Below are positions 8,291 through 16,945 of a DNA stretch of 64,000 bases, one piece after another; positions within the stretch are counted from its first letter, which is position 1; each line of letters opens with the position of its first letter. The notes under the pieces were generated by a model. It was not told where the DNA came from and made no database searches. It saw only the letters and a list, made by a program, of their open reading frames with translations. The translations under genes were made by a program, and so were the position numbers. The stretch comes from a bacterium (GTDB lineage: Bacteria; Patescibacteriota; Saccharimonadia; Saccharimonadales; Saccharimonadaceae), in the NCBI GenBank assembly GCA_030429445.1, contig JAUIFG010000003.1, forward strand, positions 9,099-73,098, written 5' to 3'.

Positions 8291-9403
8291 CTACACGCCC
8301 TCTGCGTGATATTGCAGCGCCCATCGATCCTTGTATCGACCAGTTAGTCTGGATACAAGAACTTCTTTCCACGCAGCTATGAACCATGCCATCGCAATAC
8401 ATCCGAATAACTCGTACGGAATGATTGTGACGGCGAGAGCTCGGTCTTTCCAGTCGGCATTAGGTATTCGCCAGCTCAAACAAAACTGAGAACCAGCTAT
8501 TACCAATGGGTAGACTGTCCACCAGAACCAATGAACCTGAAAAATACCCAGCGTAACCTGTAGCACTATCAGGAAGATCCATAGCAACCGAACAGTGATC
8601 ATAATGGCACAAAGTAGCTGATGCCACCAGTCAATCAACGTTAGCCGATTAAAACCAATGGTTATCAAGTCATCAATTGTGCCGGTAGACCACTTCATGC
8701 GCTGATCCCACATAGCCCTAAATGAGCTCATGCTGTCCGTATACATACGAACGCGGGGGCTGACCATACACAGATAGTTGCGTTTGCGTAACTGATACGT
8801 CAATTCGAAGTCTTCAACCGGAGATTCGTAGGACCAAGGTCCTTCGCGTCCGGTTTCGTCGACGATTCGACGAAGTGCTGCATTATCAAATGCCGCACCC
8901 GCACCAGGTAGCACCGTGGTATATCCACGTTGCAAACTAGCATCTACCGACCTAGCGAACTCAGCCTTTTGCAAACGATCCCAAAAACCTGGTTTTGGCA
9001 TAGTCGCTTTTGCAGCAGAACCACCAAGTGGTTTATAGTGCCTCTTTCGCCGGCCAACACCGTCAAAATCGTCTTCCCAAAATTCGACAGCATCTGCGTC
9101 AAAAATTGTGTCAGCATCAATACTGACGACGATATCGGCATCACGTGCATACTTGTTCCAGGCCATATTGAGCGCCTGGGACTTTTTATGCTCCAACTTT
9201 GGAAGCTCGTATACAACGAGTGAGCTAGACTCACTCGCATACGACCGAGCAACATCTGCCGTGTCATCAGTACATCCATTTGGAATGATTATGATGGCGT
9301 CCAGTGGACGCGTCTGTGCAAACAGGGCCTCAATCGTGGCCCCTATACTTGATGATTCGTTATACGCTGGAACCAGCGCTACGATTCTACGAGTACGAGC
9401 CAC
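8291..9403 (-). CDS. GT2 family membrane glycosyltransferase (IcaA/PgaC/cellulose-synthase-like)
   Basis: LVPAYNE, KSQALN, SIDADT, VEDFELT, QRMKW (QxxRW-like), C-terminal TMs; GTG start. Confidence 0.9.
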   Translation of the reverse strand: MARTRRIVALVPAYNESSSIGATIEALFAQTRPLDAIIIIPNGCTDDTADVARSYASESSSLVVYELPKLEHKKSQALNMAWNKYARDADIVVSIDADTIFDADAVEFWEDDFDGVGRRKRHYKPLGGSAAKATMPKPGFWDRLQKAEFARSVDASLQRGYTTVLPGAGAAFDNAALRRIVDETGREGPWSYESPVEDFELTYQLRKRNYLCMVSPRVRMYTDSMSSFRAMWDQRMKWSTGTIDDLITIGFNRLTLIDWWHQLLCAIMITVRLLWIFLIVLQVTLGIFQVHWFWWTVYPLVIAGSQFCLSWRIPNADWKDRALAVTIIPYELFGCIAMAWFIAAWKEVLVSRLTGRYKDRWALQYHAEGV

Positions 9404-9495
9404 GAGATATCTCCATCCTAGTAAAAAGTTAATGTACGAGTACGGTGGTACATATGATATCGATTATCCGACCACACTTGTATACTCAACTTCTC

Positions 9496-9524
9496 ATTTT
9501 AGCATAAATGTTTCATAAAGTCAA
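9496..9524 (-). promoter_or_regulatory. Sigma70-type promoter for the GT2 gene
   Basis: TTGACT-17 nt-TAAAAT with extended -10 TG on the minus strand. Confidence 0.65.
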
Positions 9525-9567
9525 TGATACACCTCTGTAATTAATTGTTTTGATCCAAAATGAACAA

Positions 9568-9589
9568 CCCCCACTCAATTGAGTGGGGG
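9568..9589. terminator. Hairpin, possible terminator after the deacetylase gene
   Basis: CCCCCACTC-AATT-GAGTGGGGG. Confidence 0.6.
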
Positions 9590-9604
9590 CTTGGATAGAG
9601 ATGT

Positions 9605-10345
9605 TCATGAAATGCGTTCGTACGCCCAGTTCATTTGATCTAGATACTGAACAACTGCGTCGATCAACTCTGGCGTATGCGGGTGTTGCATGTGTGCCAG
9701 AATTACCGCATCTGGACCCAGTGGCAACTGATGACCACCATTACCTTTACGAAGGTAATCCATCATTTCGTCAACACTGCCGCCCTTCCAGTCGAGCGTA
9801 TCCGCAGTCCAGGTACAAATCTGAATACCCTTTTCACTCAGACGCTGAACGACCTTGGCATCGTATGCACCGTAGGGAGGGCGAAGCAACATTGGCTGGG
9901 TATTGACGAGTCCTTCAACAGGATAGATTTCACCATAAAACGCTGGCTCATCATTGGCGGATAATTCTACCAAATTAGCGTGCGTGTGCGTATGATTACC
10001 CACAATATGGCCATCTGCTCTCATCTGAAGCATGAGGTCATAATGCCTCAACACCCATTCACCTGTCGGAAAGAATGCAGCACGCATCCGATGCATGCGC
10101 AACCTCTCCAAAATAGCCCGAACCTGCTCTGGTGTCCCGTGATCATCAAATGTCATCAGAACACCCGAGCCTGGCTCGCGGTTACAGTGCCGGATCGCTA
10201 CAGGCATATTGTTCATAGCTGCGATTTGGTAGACCGCAGCTTGCGGATCCACCTGCTGCTCTGACTCCTCGTTGGCATTCGCACAACCAGCAAGAGCTAA
10301 TACTGCCGTAAAAAAACATGTCAAAAAGACACGAATCTTACACAT
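9605..10345 (-). CDS. Polysaccharide deacetylase (CE4/NodB), predicted lipoprotein
   Basis: Lipobox LAGC; MTFDDHG, GNHTHTH, LRPPYG, DTLDW, VILAHM. Confidence 0.9.
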   Translation of the reverse strand: MCKIRVFLTCFFTAVLALAGCANANEESEQQVDPQAAVYQIAAMNNMPVAIRHCNREPGSGVLMTFDDHGTPEQVRAILERLRMHRMRAAFFPTGEWVLRHYDLMLQMRADGHIVGNHTHTHANLVELSANDEPAFYGEIYPVEGLVNTQPMLLRPPYGAYDAKVVQRLSEKGIQICTWTADTLDWKGGSVDEMMDYLRKGNGGHQLPLGPDAVILAHMQHPHTPELIDAVVQYLDQMNWAYERIS

Positions 10346-10394
10346 TTAAACATCTCCTTAAGGAACGAGGTAGTCAGACTACTTATCAACATAT

Positions 10395-10423
10395 ACTCTA
10401 ACATGAATTATAAATAAAGTCAA
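10395..10423 (-). promoter_or_regulatory. Sigma70-type promoter for the deacetylase gene
   Basis: TTGACT-17 nt-TAGAGT with extended -10 TG. Confidence 0.55.
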
Positions 10424-10450
10424 TAAGGAGCGCTCCCCCGAAGCAAAAAA

Positions 10451-10497
10451 ATATGCCTCACGTCGCTAGCCTGATGGCAGCGTACGCGAGGCATATT
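10451..10497 (-). terminator. Hairpin/terminator after the small secreted protein gene
   Basis: ATATGCCTC...GAGGCATAT long imperfect stem followed by a T-run on the minus strand. Confidence 0.6.
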
Positions 10498-10513
10498 AGA
10501 GACGAGTTAGATG

Positions 10514-10768
10514 TCAGTAGCAGACATTGGGGTCAATCTGGTAGCCAAACTGCTTGCGATGCTGATAGTACCAGCCATCGCAGTACCCCGGTGGGGGCGG
10601 AACGTGAACACCGTCCCGAGTACAGCTCTTCGTCGGCCCAGGTCCCCAAGGACCTGCTTCGTATCCAATCTGCGTACAACCAGCGCTTGCCGGAGCAGCA
10701 CAGATGATTCCTCCGCCGAGGCCTAGCGTGCTTGCAGCCAAGACACCGAGTGTCAATCGCTTGAACAT
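10514..10768 (-). CDS. Small secreted Cys-containing protein with actinobacterial-style signal peptide
   Basis: MFKRLTLGVLAASTLGLGGGIICAAPASA|GC...; 4 Cys in the mature part; SD AAGGGAG; own promoter and terminator. Confidence 0.75.
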   Translation of the reverse strand: MFKRLTLGVLAASTLGLGGGIICAAPASAGCTQIGYEAGPWGPGPTKSCTRDGVHVPPPPGYCDGWYYQHRKQFGYQIDPNVCY

Positions 10769-10830
10769 CTTATTCTCCCTTGTTTGAGGTGCTTTAGGCG
10801 TATAGGCTCAACTACCACCTAGATAATTTA

Positions 10831-10859
10831 ACTATAGCATAAGTATTATTGTTTGTCAA
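10831..10859 (-). promoter_or_regulatory. Sigma70-type promoter for the small secreted protein gene
   Basis: TTGACA-17 nt-TATAGT with extended -10 TG. Confidence 0.65.
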
Positions 10860-10904
10860 TATAGCTTGCCTCCCTTGAGCCCGTAGAACTGTTACAATAT
10901 AGTT

Positions 10905-11189
10905 ATGAAGGCAAAAACGGCTAGCGAAGCAAATAAACTCACCGACATACCGAACATAGGCCCAGCGATGGTTAGAGATTTTGCAAAGATTGGTATCACT
11001 TCTCCAAAACACCTGGCGACAGCAGATGGCTACGACCTGTACGTGAAGGTCTGTGATAGTTACGGCGTCCGTATGGACCCATGCGTGCTAGATACATATC
11101 TAGCGGCAGTAGATTTTATGAATGGAGCGCCGGCAAAGCCTTGGTGGAATTATACGGCTATGCGCAAACGGCAATATCCTGATATTTGA
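10905..11189 (+). CDS. Helix-hairpin-helix protein (Cdd1 / mitomycin-resistance family)
   Basis: LTDIPNIGPAM..D...IGI, DPCVLDTY.AAV.F, KPWWNYT. Confidence 0.85.
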   Translation: MKAKTASEANKLTDIPNIGPAMVRDFAKIGITSPKHLATADGYDLYVKVCDSYGVRMDPCVLDTYLAAVDFMNGAPAKPWWNYTAMRKRQYPDI

Positions 11190-11196
11190 AATCGAT

Positions 11197-11577
11197 CTAA
11201 TTCAACGCAACGACCAAAAACAGCACCGCCAGCACTATCACTATCGGCGTCATCACATAGCGTTCGTATGTGCTACGTGACATACCGTTCATAGCAATGC
11301 CCACAAACAAATAGCCCGTAATCACCCACGCGCCCACATTCACCACCGAATCATCTAGCGCGGATATTGCACCCGTCTTGTCCAACGCAAACATAGCAAA
11401 AACCGCATACAAAACTATCGATATCGCACTGCCTACCCGCAAATTTGTAGGTAGAACTTTTTTGTGTTGACCACCCCATGCAAACCTGCCCAACGGAGCG
11501 CCTAGTACTAATGCCAACTGAAAAATACCCAGCCCAACCAAAATTATCGTTGCCATAATCGCTAGCACTATAGTCAT
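11197..11577 (-). CDS. Conserved small membrane protein
   Basis: 4 TM; FQLALVLGAPLGRFAWGGQH..LP..LR.GS, MN..SRS..ER motif. Confidence 0.8.
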   Translation of the reverse strand: MTIVLAIMATIILVGLGIFQLALVLGAPLGRFAWGGQHKKVLPTNLRVGSAISIVLYAVFAMFALDKTGAISALDDSVVNVGAWVITGYLFVGIAMNGMSRSTYERYVMTPIVIVLAVLFLVVALN

Positions 11578-11671
11578 ATATTAATTCTAGCAGATACCCC
11601 GGACACCGACGGCTACGTGCGGAAACGCAACTATACAATAATTTAAATCACTTCGAGGTTGAACCCTGAAA

Positions 11672-13057
11672 TCATTTCTTTGATTGTGGCGTAGACAATT
11701 CGGATACCACCGCCTGCGGACTCACACTGGAACTACTACCTTCATCCAACCGGATACTATTCTCTCTTTTCTTGAATATACCAATAAGTTTATCAATCAG
11801 CGTCTCATCCTTGCCGTAGACATCGCTAGGATTATTTGAAATTACCTTAAGCAATGCTTTCTCTAGCTGTTTACGGGTTTCGCCTTCCAAGGGATAAGTT
11901 GATTCTTTTCCGGTAAATAACATGTACATCTGTAGAACTCTGTACTTATGATTATATTCTTCAAAGAGTCTTCTTCTTTGAGAAATACTTTTTTGACCAA
12001 AATAGGATACCCACAATAACGGTAAGGCAATGGTTAACTTATATACAATGTACTCCGTTCCCGAAAACTTGATTCCATCATCACTCTCGTCACCTGGCGC
12101 CTCTGGCAAAAAAACATCATTCAACGTTCCTCCAACGAAAAACCAACCAATCAAAACTAACGGACCTATGAATAATATGTAGCTACCAACAAATTTTATT
12201 AAATGCTTTATGCCTATGAATAGATTTTGAAATATTAACCACCACTTGTTCTTTGTTATCTGCTTATACACAGGGCTACCATACACATGCATAGCTTCTT
12301 TGTAATTTTCTGAAAGTGTCTGTATTGTGGTATCCGACAATAGACTATCCACTTCGTTCTGCTTAATTTTGATATCCTTGGCGATATCACTGATTTCTGT
12401 CTTGCTAGTATCAATAAAAGGCTCTATCTCGTCCACTAGCCTTCCGTGAAATTCATTAGTTTTTTCAATCTGATCTCTTAGTATGTCCGCTTTGCTGAGT
12501 TTGTTTTTTTGATCAGCAGTAAAAAATTCACTATGTGCTGATAGTATATCTTCCTTTGCTCTCTCGATTTTATAACGATAACCAATATCCGCCTTGTTTA
12601 ACTGATCATCAAAATCAACAATTGATTTTATTGCTGCATTTAGTTTTTTCTCCTGACCACCATCATTCTTTTTAACGTCAGATGTAAAGAGCTTCTCATA
12701 AAAGCCAACTATCTCGGTTTCTGCCTGCTGAATTAATCCCTGAACGGGCGTATCACCACTTATTAATTCCTTATGTAGCTCTCTTATTTCCTCTATTTTA
12801 TTGTTGATTTCCTCTATTTTGCTAGATGAAGCATCGCTCGGAGTAGAAAAGAGCTCGCTATACCGCTTGTTTATAGAATCTATTTTATTCTCTATTTCTG
12901 TTGCCAGTGCGGGCTTGTCTGAATTTGGCTCGAAAAACTTTTCGTATAGTGTGTTGATTTCATTTACTTCGTCAAAAACCGTGTTGAACAATTTAACAAA
13001 CCGCGCCTTTGGTATGGTGGTTTTCTCAGAAATTGGAGGTATGAGTTTATTGGGCAT
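11672..13057 (-). CDS. Hypothetical coiled-coil membrane protein
   Basis: 461-aa AT-rich ORF; long helical N-terminal region, two TM segments, then RRLFEEYNHK. Confidence 0.75.
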   Translation of the reverse strand: MPNKLIPPISEKTTIPKARFVKLFNTVFDEVNEINTLYEKFFEPNSDKPALATEIENKIDSINKRYSELFSTPSDASSSKIEEINNKIEEIRELHKELISGDTPVQGLIQQAETEIVGFYEKLFTSDVKKNDGGQEKKLNAAIKSIVDFDDQLNKADIGYRYKIERAKEDILSAHSEFFTADQKNKLSKADILRDQIEKTNEFHGRLVDEIEPFIDTSKTEISDIAKDIKIKQNEVDSLLSDTTIQTLSENYKEAMHVYGSPVYKQITKNKWWLIFQNLFIGIKHLIKFVGSYILFIGPLVLIGWFFVGGTLNDVFLPEAPGDESDDGIKFSGTEYIVYKLTIALPLLWVSYFGQKSISQRRRLFEEYNHKYRVLQMYMLFTGKESTYPLEGETRKQLEKALLKVISNNPSDVYGKDETLIDKLIGIFKKRENSIRLDEGSSSSVSPQAVVSELSTPQSKK

Positions 13058-13112
13058 TAAATAACCTAGCTATTCCGCCCACCCATTTACAAACTATTAT
13101 ACCACTTTGATA

Positions 13113-14399
13113 CTAGATTAACTTGCCAATATCCACTCGTTTTTGCTCAGTCGTATCCCGATCGCGAACAGTTACCGTGTCATCATTTAGCGTATCAAAA
13201 TCAATCACTACACAGTATGGCGTGCCGATTTCGTCCTGGCGGCGGTAGCGTTTGCCGATGTTTCCATTGTCGTCCCAAGATACATTTCCATATTGTTTTT
13301 TCAACATGTTGTAAACTTCTCTCGCCTTTTCAACCAACTCTGGTTTGTTTTTGAGAAGTGGTGATACGCAATATTTTACAGGGGCGAGGTGCTCCGGAAA
13401 CTTCATGACAATACGCTTTTCACCATTCACTTCATCCTCGGTATAAGCAGAAGCCATGACAGCCATTACAACACGTTCAACGCCAAATGATGGCTCTATT
13501 ACATGCGGAACAAATTTTGTGTTCGTTCCCTTAATTGTGTATTCCATACTCTTGCCAGCGTTGTTTTGGATATTCATCAAATCAAAATCTGTACGATATG
13601 CCAATCCCAGCAACTCCTCGCGTCCTATCGGAAAGTCATATTCAATATCAATCGTTCGCTCGCTGTAATGCGCACGCTCTTCCTGAGGTACTTCCAACTC
13701 ATGAACTTTATCCTGCGGTAGACCAAGAGCCTTTAGATATTCATGAATGTCCCTCAGTAATGCATCAAAAGATTCTTGCCATTTATCTGGTTCAACGAAA
13801 TACTCAATTTCCATCTGTTCAAATTCACGACTACGGAATATAAAATCACGCGGACTAATCTCGTTTCGAAATGCCTTGCCCTGTTGCGCTAACCCAAAGG
13901 GTAAATCAGGATAAAAACTATCGACAACATTTTTGTAATTCGTGAATATACCCTGTGCAGTTTCTGGGCGCAAATAACTCACTGATGTTTCATCTTCGAT
14001 TGAACCAACATGGGTCTTAAACATCATATTAAACTGACGTGCTTCGCCGAATGTACCTTCGCTACCACACGTTGGACATTTATTTGAATCATCCAATTTG
14101 TCTGCACGAAACCGCCCCTTGCAATGACTACATTCAACGAGCGGATCGGTAAACGTATCGACATGCCCACTCGCCTGCCACACTTTTTGATTCATCAAAA
14201 TTGCCGCATCAACACCGTACATATCTTCACGATCATCAACAAACATCTTCCACCATAAATTCATAATGTTCTTCTTTAGCGCAACGCCTAACGGACCATA
14301 GTCCCAAGTACCACTCAGACCACCATAAACATCCGATCCGGGATAAATAAATCCTCTGCGCTTTGCCAAACTAACAATGTTTTCTAATGAAGAACTCAT
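13113..14399 (-). CDS. glyQS: Glycine--tRNA ligase (alpha2 type)
   Basis: IVSLAKRRGF, YLRPETAQGIF, FRNEISPRDFIFRSREFEQME, IEPSFG, IGKRYRRQDEIGTP; start is ambiguous because of the inserted palindrome. Confidence 0.95.
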   Translation of the reverse strand: MSSSLENIVSLAKRRGFIYPGSDVYGGLSGTWDYGPLGVALKKNIMNLWWKMFVDDREDMYGVDAAILMNQKVWQASGHVDTFTDPLVECSHCKGRFRADKLDDSNKCPTCGSEGTFGEARQFNMMFKTHVGSIEDETSVSYLRPETAQGIFTNYKNVVDSFYPDLPFGLAQQGKAFRNEISPRDFIFRSREFEQMEIEYFVEPDKWQESFDALLRDIHEYLKALGLPQDKVHELEVPQEERAHYSERTIDIEYDFPIGREELLGLAYRTDFDLMNIQNNAGKSMEYTIKGTNTKFVPHVIEPSFGVERVVMAVMASAYTEDEVNGEKRIVMKFPEHLAPVKYCVSPLLKNKPELVEKAREVYNMLKKQYGNVSWDDNGNIGKRYRRQDEIGTPYCVVIDFDTLNDDTVTVRDRDTTEQKRVDIGKLI

Positions 14400-14553
14400 C
14401 TCAACATATCCTCCCAATTTTTGATCGTCTATTTTCGGCTGTGTCATTTTCAAAACTCGTCAACGTAGCTATGGCTATGTTTCCTCGCATTTCAAATGCC
14501 TCGCTCGAAACTAGCTCGCTCAAAAGCTTGCGAGATACATTGAAATAAGCTCT
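14391..14553 (-). repeat. 163-nt long imperfect palindromic element (RPE/MITE-like) at the glyQS 5' end
   Basis: The 5' arm AGAGCTTATTTCAATGTATCT pairs over 21 consecutive positions (6 G-U) with the 3' arm GGATATGTTGAGATGAGTTCT; further internal stems and an apical TAGC-CATA-GCTA hairpin. Confidence 0.75.
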
Positions 14554-14571
14554 GTGATTTTTTTCGTTCAT
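14401..14571 (-). CDS. 56-aa upstream ORF reading through the palindrome (probable original glyQS start)
   Basis: MNEKNHRAYFNVSRKLLSELVSSEAFEMRGNIAIATLTSFENDTAENRRSKIGRIC*; TGnTACAAT -10 shortly upstream; stop TGA is 1 nt before the glyQS ATG. Confidence 0.5.
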   Translation of the reverse strand: MNEKNHRAYFNVSRKLLSELVSSEAFEMRGNIAIATLTSFENDTAENRRSKIGRIC

Positions 14572-15001
14572 ACTGGGGTTAATTGTAACATATTTGCCCC
14601 TATGCGAGTTCTGTTATAAGATTGTCCAGACGTTTACAAGGATAGGAGCGCACGTTGTTGAAACGAGCACGTCGTCGCAGAATGGAAAAAATTACTGGCA
14701 ACTATATCTGGAATCCAATTCCCGATACCCTGTTGCTCGTCTGCGAGCAGGGTAAGAAAATCGGTCGAATAGTTCTGAAACCCTTACGAGTATTCAAAAA
14801 ATGAGAAGTAACCCGTGGGAATGCTGAATGCACGAGCCTTGCTGGCATGCAAACGTGAACAGTTCGACGAAACACACCCCAACATCACCTATGCTCGACT
14901 AGTTGTTGGTGACAGTTTTCGGATGAGCACTCTAGCAATTTCGAAATTCTGTAAAAAAATATTTACCACAAGATAAATACGCTCCATCCTAGCACGTTAA
15001 A

Positions 15002-15071
15002 CGCCAAGGACAAAACCTTGGCGCCCCCTCCCCATATCCCTGGTCGACCACAATATCCCAGGGGTATGGGC
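15002..15071. terminator. Two tandem hairpins downstream of recO
   Basis: CGCCAAGG-ACAAAA-CCTTGGCG and CCCATATCCCTGG...CCAGGGGTATGGG. Confidence 0.6.
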
Positions 15072-15079
15072 ATTTTAAT

Positions 15080-15754
15080 TTACAATGCAGCATGCTGACG
15101 TGCAACGTACAAACAATCCAATAAATATTTATCTACACCCCCTACTTGCAATATTACGTTCAAATCTTTTGTCGCAACAAGTCGCAAAATCTTAATATGT
15201 TCTGCGGTAATTTGTCCATCAAGATCATCAATAAAGCCTTTTTCAGTACTATCGTATCGATATTTCTTGTTACTTTCCAACGCAACCCCCTTGTGATCGC
15301 TCACTAAATTTAGTTCATCCCCCAACAGAGTCGCAATACGCACATAGAACCATGTTTGTACTAATGCCAGTTGCACACCGGCGACGTCGAGTGCCGCCAA
15401 AACTTTTTGCGTAATATCATACCACTCCAATTCATCCAGAGTCGCACTTGCCTTTGCCACCTGCGTTAACGTTTCGTATGCAAACTGCATTCGATCATAG
15501 TCATCCAAAATATGTCGATAGAAATGGACAAGTCGCGCAGATGTCAAAACACCTAGTTCACCCTTACCTTCTCCAATGACAACGTCACAAACTGCAAATA
15601 GTTCAATTCCGCCTGCGAGTTTTGATTTCTCACGCCGAACACCCCGCGCCATCACACTAACACGACCATTGGTGGTAAGTAAGTCGAGTATGCGGTCTGC
15701 TTCGCCGTAATTTGTTCGACGCAGCACTATCGCTCGGCTGCGTGTTGTCTTCAT
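15080..15754 (-). CDS. recO: DNA repair protein RecO
   Basis: AIVLRRTNYGEADRILDLLT..GRVSVMARGVRREKSKL. Confidence 0.95.
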   Translation of the reverse strand: MKTTRSRAIVLRRTNYGEADRILDLLTTNGRVSVMARGVRREKSKLAGGIELFAVCDVVIGEGKGELGVLTSARLVHFYRHILDDYDRMQFAYETLTQVAKASATLDELEWYDITQKVLAALDVAGVQLALVQTWFYVRIATLLGDELNLVSDHKGVALESNKKYRYDSTEKGFIDDLDGQITAEHIKILRLVATKDLNVILQVGGVDKYLLDCLYVARQHAAL

Positions 15755-16122
15755 GCCAAAACACTCCGTACAGTTGTAACGATATCACTCGGTTGCATTA
15801 TTCTACTATTCACGATGCGTTGAACTCCGTATGGTCGTAGCTCATCGATGTCCAGATCGGTCATGCTACTACATACAACCACTGGGATGTCCGCCGTATC
15901 AACGTAGCTCTGTAATTCATGTAGTAAGTTCAGCGCTCCTGGACCGTTCAGCAACAAACTCATGATTATTGCGGACGGCGGATTTTCATCTACCAAATCA
16001 ATCGCAGCATATGCGTGAGATGCACGGACTACGGAAAACCCGTGTGCCTCCAGTTGTCGCTGGTAGTGGTCTCCCAACCATGGCTCACTCTCGATAACCA
16101 TTATTGATTGATTGCTACTCAT
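15751..16122 (-). CDS. Receiver-domain protein, degenerate (pseudo-receiver)
   Basis: REC fold pattern, but IMVIES in place of the acidic pocket and PSAIIMSLLL in place of PDhhhLD. Confidence 0.8.
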   Translation of the reverse strand: MSSNQSIMVIESEPWLGDHYQRQLEAHGFSVVRASHAYAAIDLVDENPPSAIIMSLLLNGPGALNLLHELQSYVDTADIPVVVCSSMTDLDIDELRPYGVQRIVNSRIMQPSDIVTTVRSVLA

Positions 16123-16853
16123 AATAAACTCATCTGACCTGACATGCGTAAATCAACATAGAAGGTTGCACCGTCACGATGACGTACAATTCCCACGACA
16201 CTATCCATCATCTCCGCCAGACGCTGAGCCGTCAGTAAGCCAACTCCACTCGCCTGCGGGCGATTACTCAGTGGAGCCAGTGCTCGACGCGAGACTCTCC
16301 CTTCAAGTCGTTTCCACATATCAATTGGCACAGCTGGCCCATAATCACGTACACCAATCCGTACACGATCACCATGTCCGCTAATTGCCATTTGAACTGG
16401 ATGTTCATCCGAACCATAATGCAGTGCGTTGTCTCCAAATGCCAGTAGTATTCGTTGCAAAATAGTACGATTCGCCACCATCAATGGCGTGCGTGTTCGT
16501 GACTGTAACGTGATTTTACGATCATAAGCCGAAAACATTGGCGTCAATTCATGAATAACTTCCTTGCAAACACTGAGTGGGTTAACCGGTTCGAGCGCAA
16601 ATACCTGCTGGTCGGTTGTTGTCATACTCAAACTCGATGCCATGCCTAATGCCCGCTCGCTTGTCAAAGCCAACCTCTCGCCGAGCAGTTTACGTTCGTC
16701 ATCACTAATGCCATCAGCGCCAACAGCTAGGCCTAATTGTCGCATCAAAACAAGAGGCGAAGTCAGCTCACTCGCCGCCGCAATAGACAAAATCGAGCCA
16801 TCAAAGAGATGGCCCATACTACCCTCACCGTGTTGATTTCCCTCCACGCTCAT
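16119..16853 (-). CDS. Cytoplasmic histidine-kinase-like protein (HATPase_c) lacking the H-box His
   Basis: N box GDNALHY, G1 VRDYGP, G2 SGVGL; H-box reads AASELTSPL. Confidence 0.8.
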   Translation of the reverse strand: MSVEGNQHGEGSMGHLFDGSILSIAAASELTSPLVLMRQLGLAVGADGISDDERKLLGERLALTSERALGMASSLSMTTTDQQVFALEPVNPLSVCKEVIHELTPMFSAYDRKITLQSRTRTPLMVANRTILQRILLAFGDNALHYGSDEHPVQMAISGHGDRVRIGVRDYGPAVPIDMWKRLEGRVSRRALAPLSNRPQASGVGLLTAQRLAEMMDSVVGIVRHRDGATFYVDLRMSGQMSLL

Positions 16854-16945
16854 CACTGCTTCTAGTTTATCACGCACGCACATGCAAAACTGCTGTAAAA
16901 AAGAGCAACATCCCCTGTAGTGCTAACGGTTTTTGAAGGCTTTCA

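Noticed and set aside
14400..14580. T-box riboswitch upstream of glyQS
   Set aside because: No T-box consensus (GGTGGNACCGCG) or terminator/antiterminator pair was seen. The region is better explained as one long palindrome inserted after the sixth codon.
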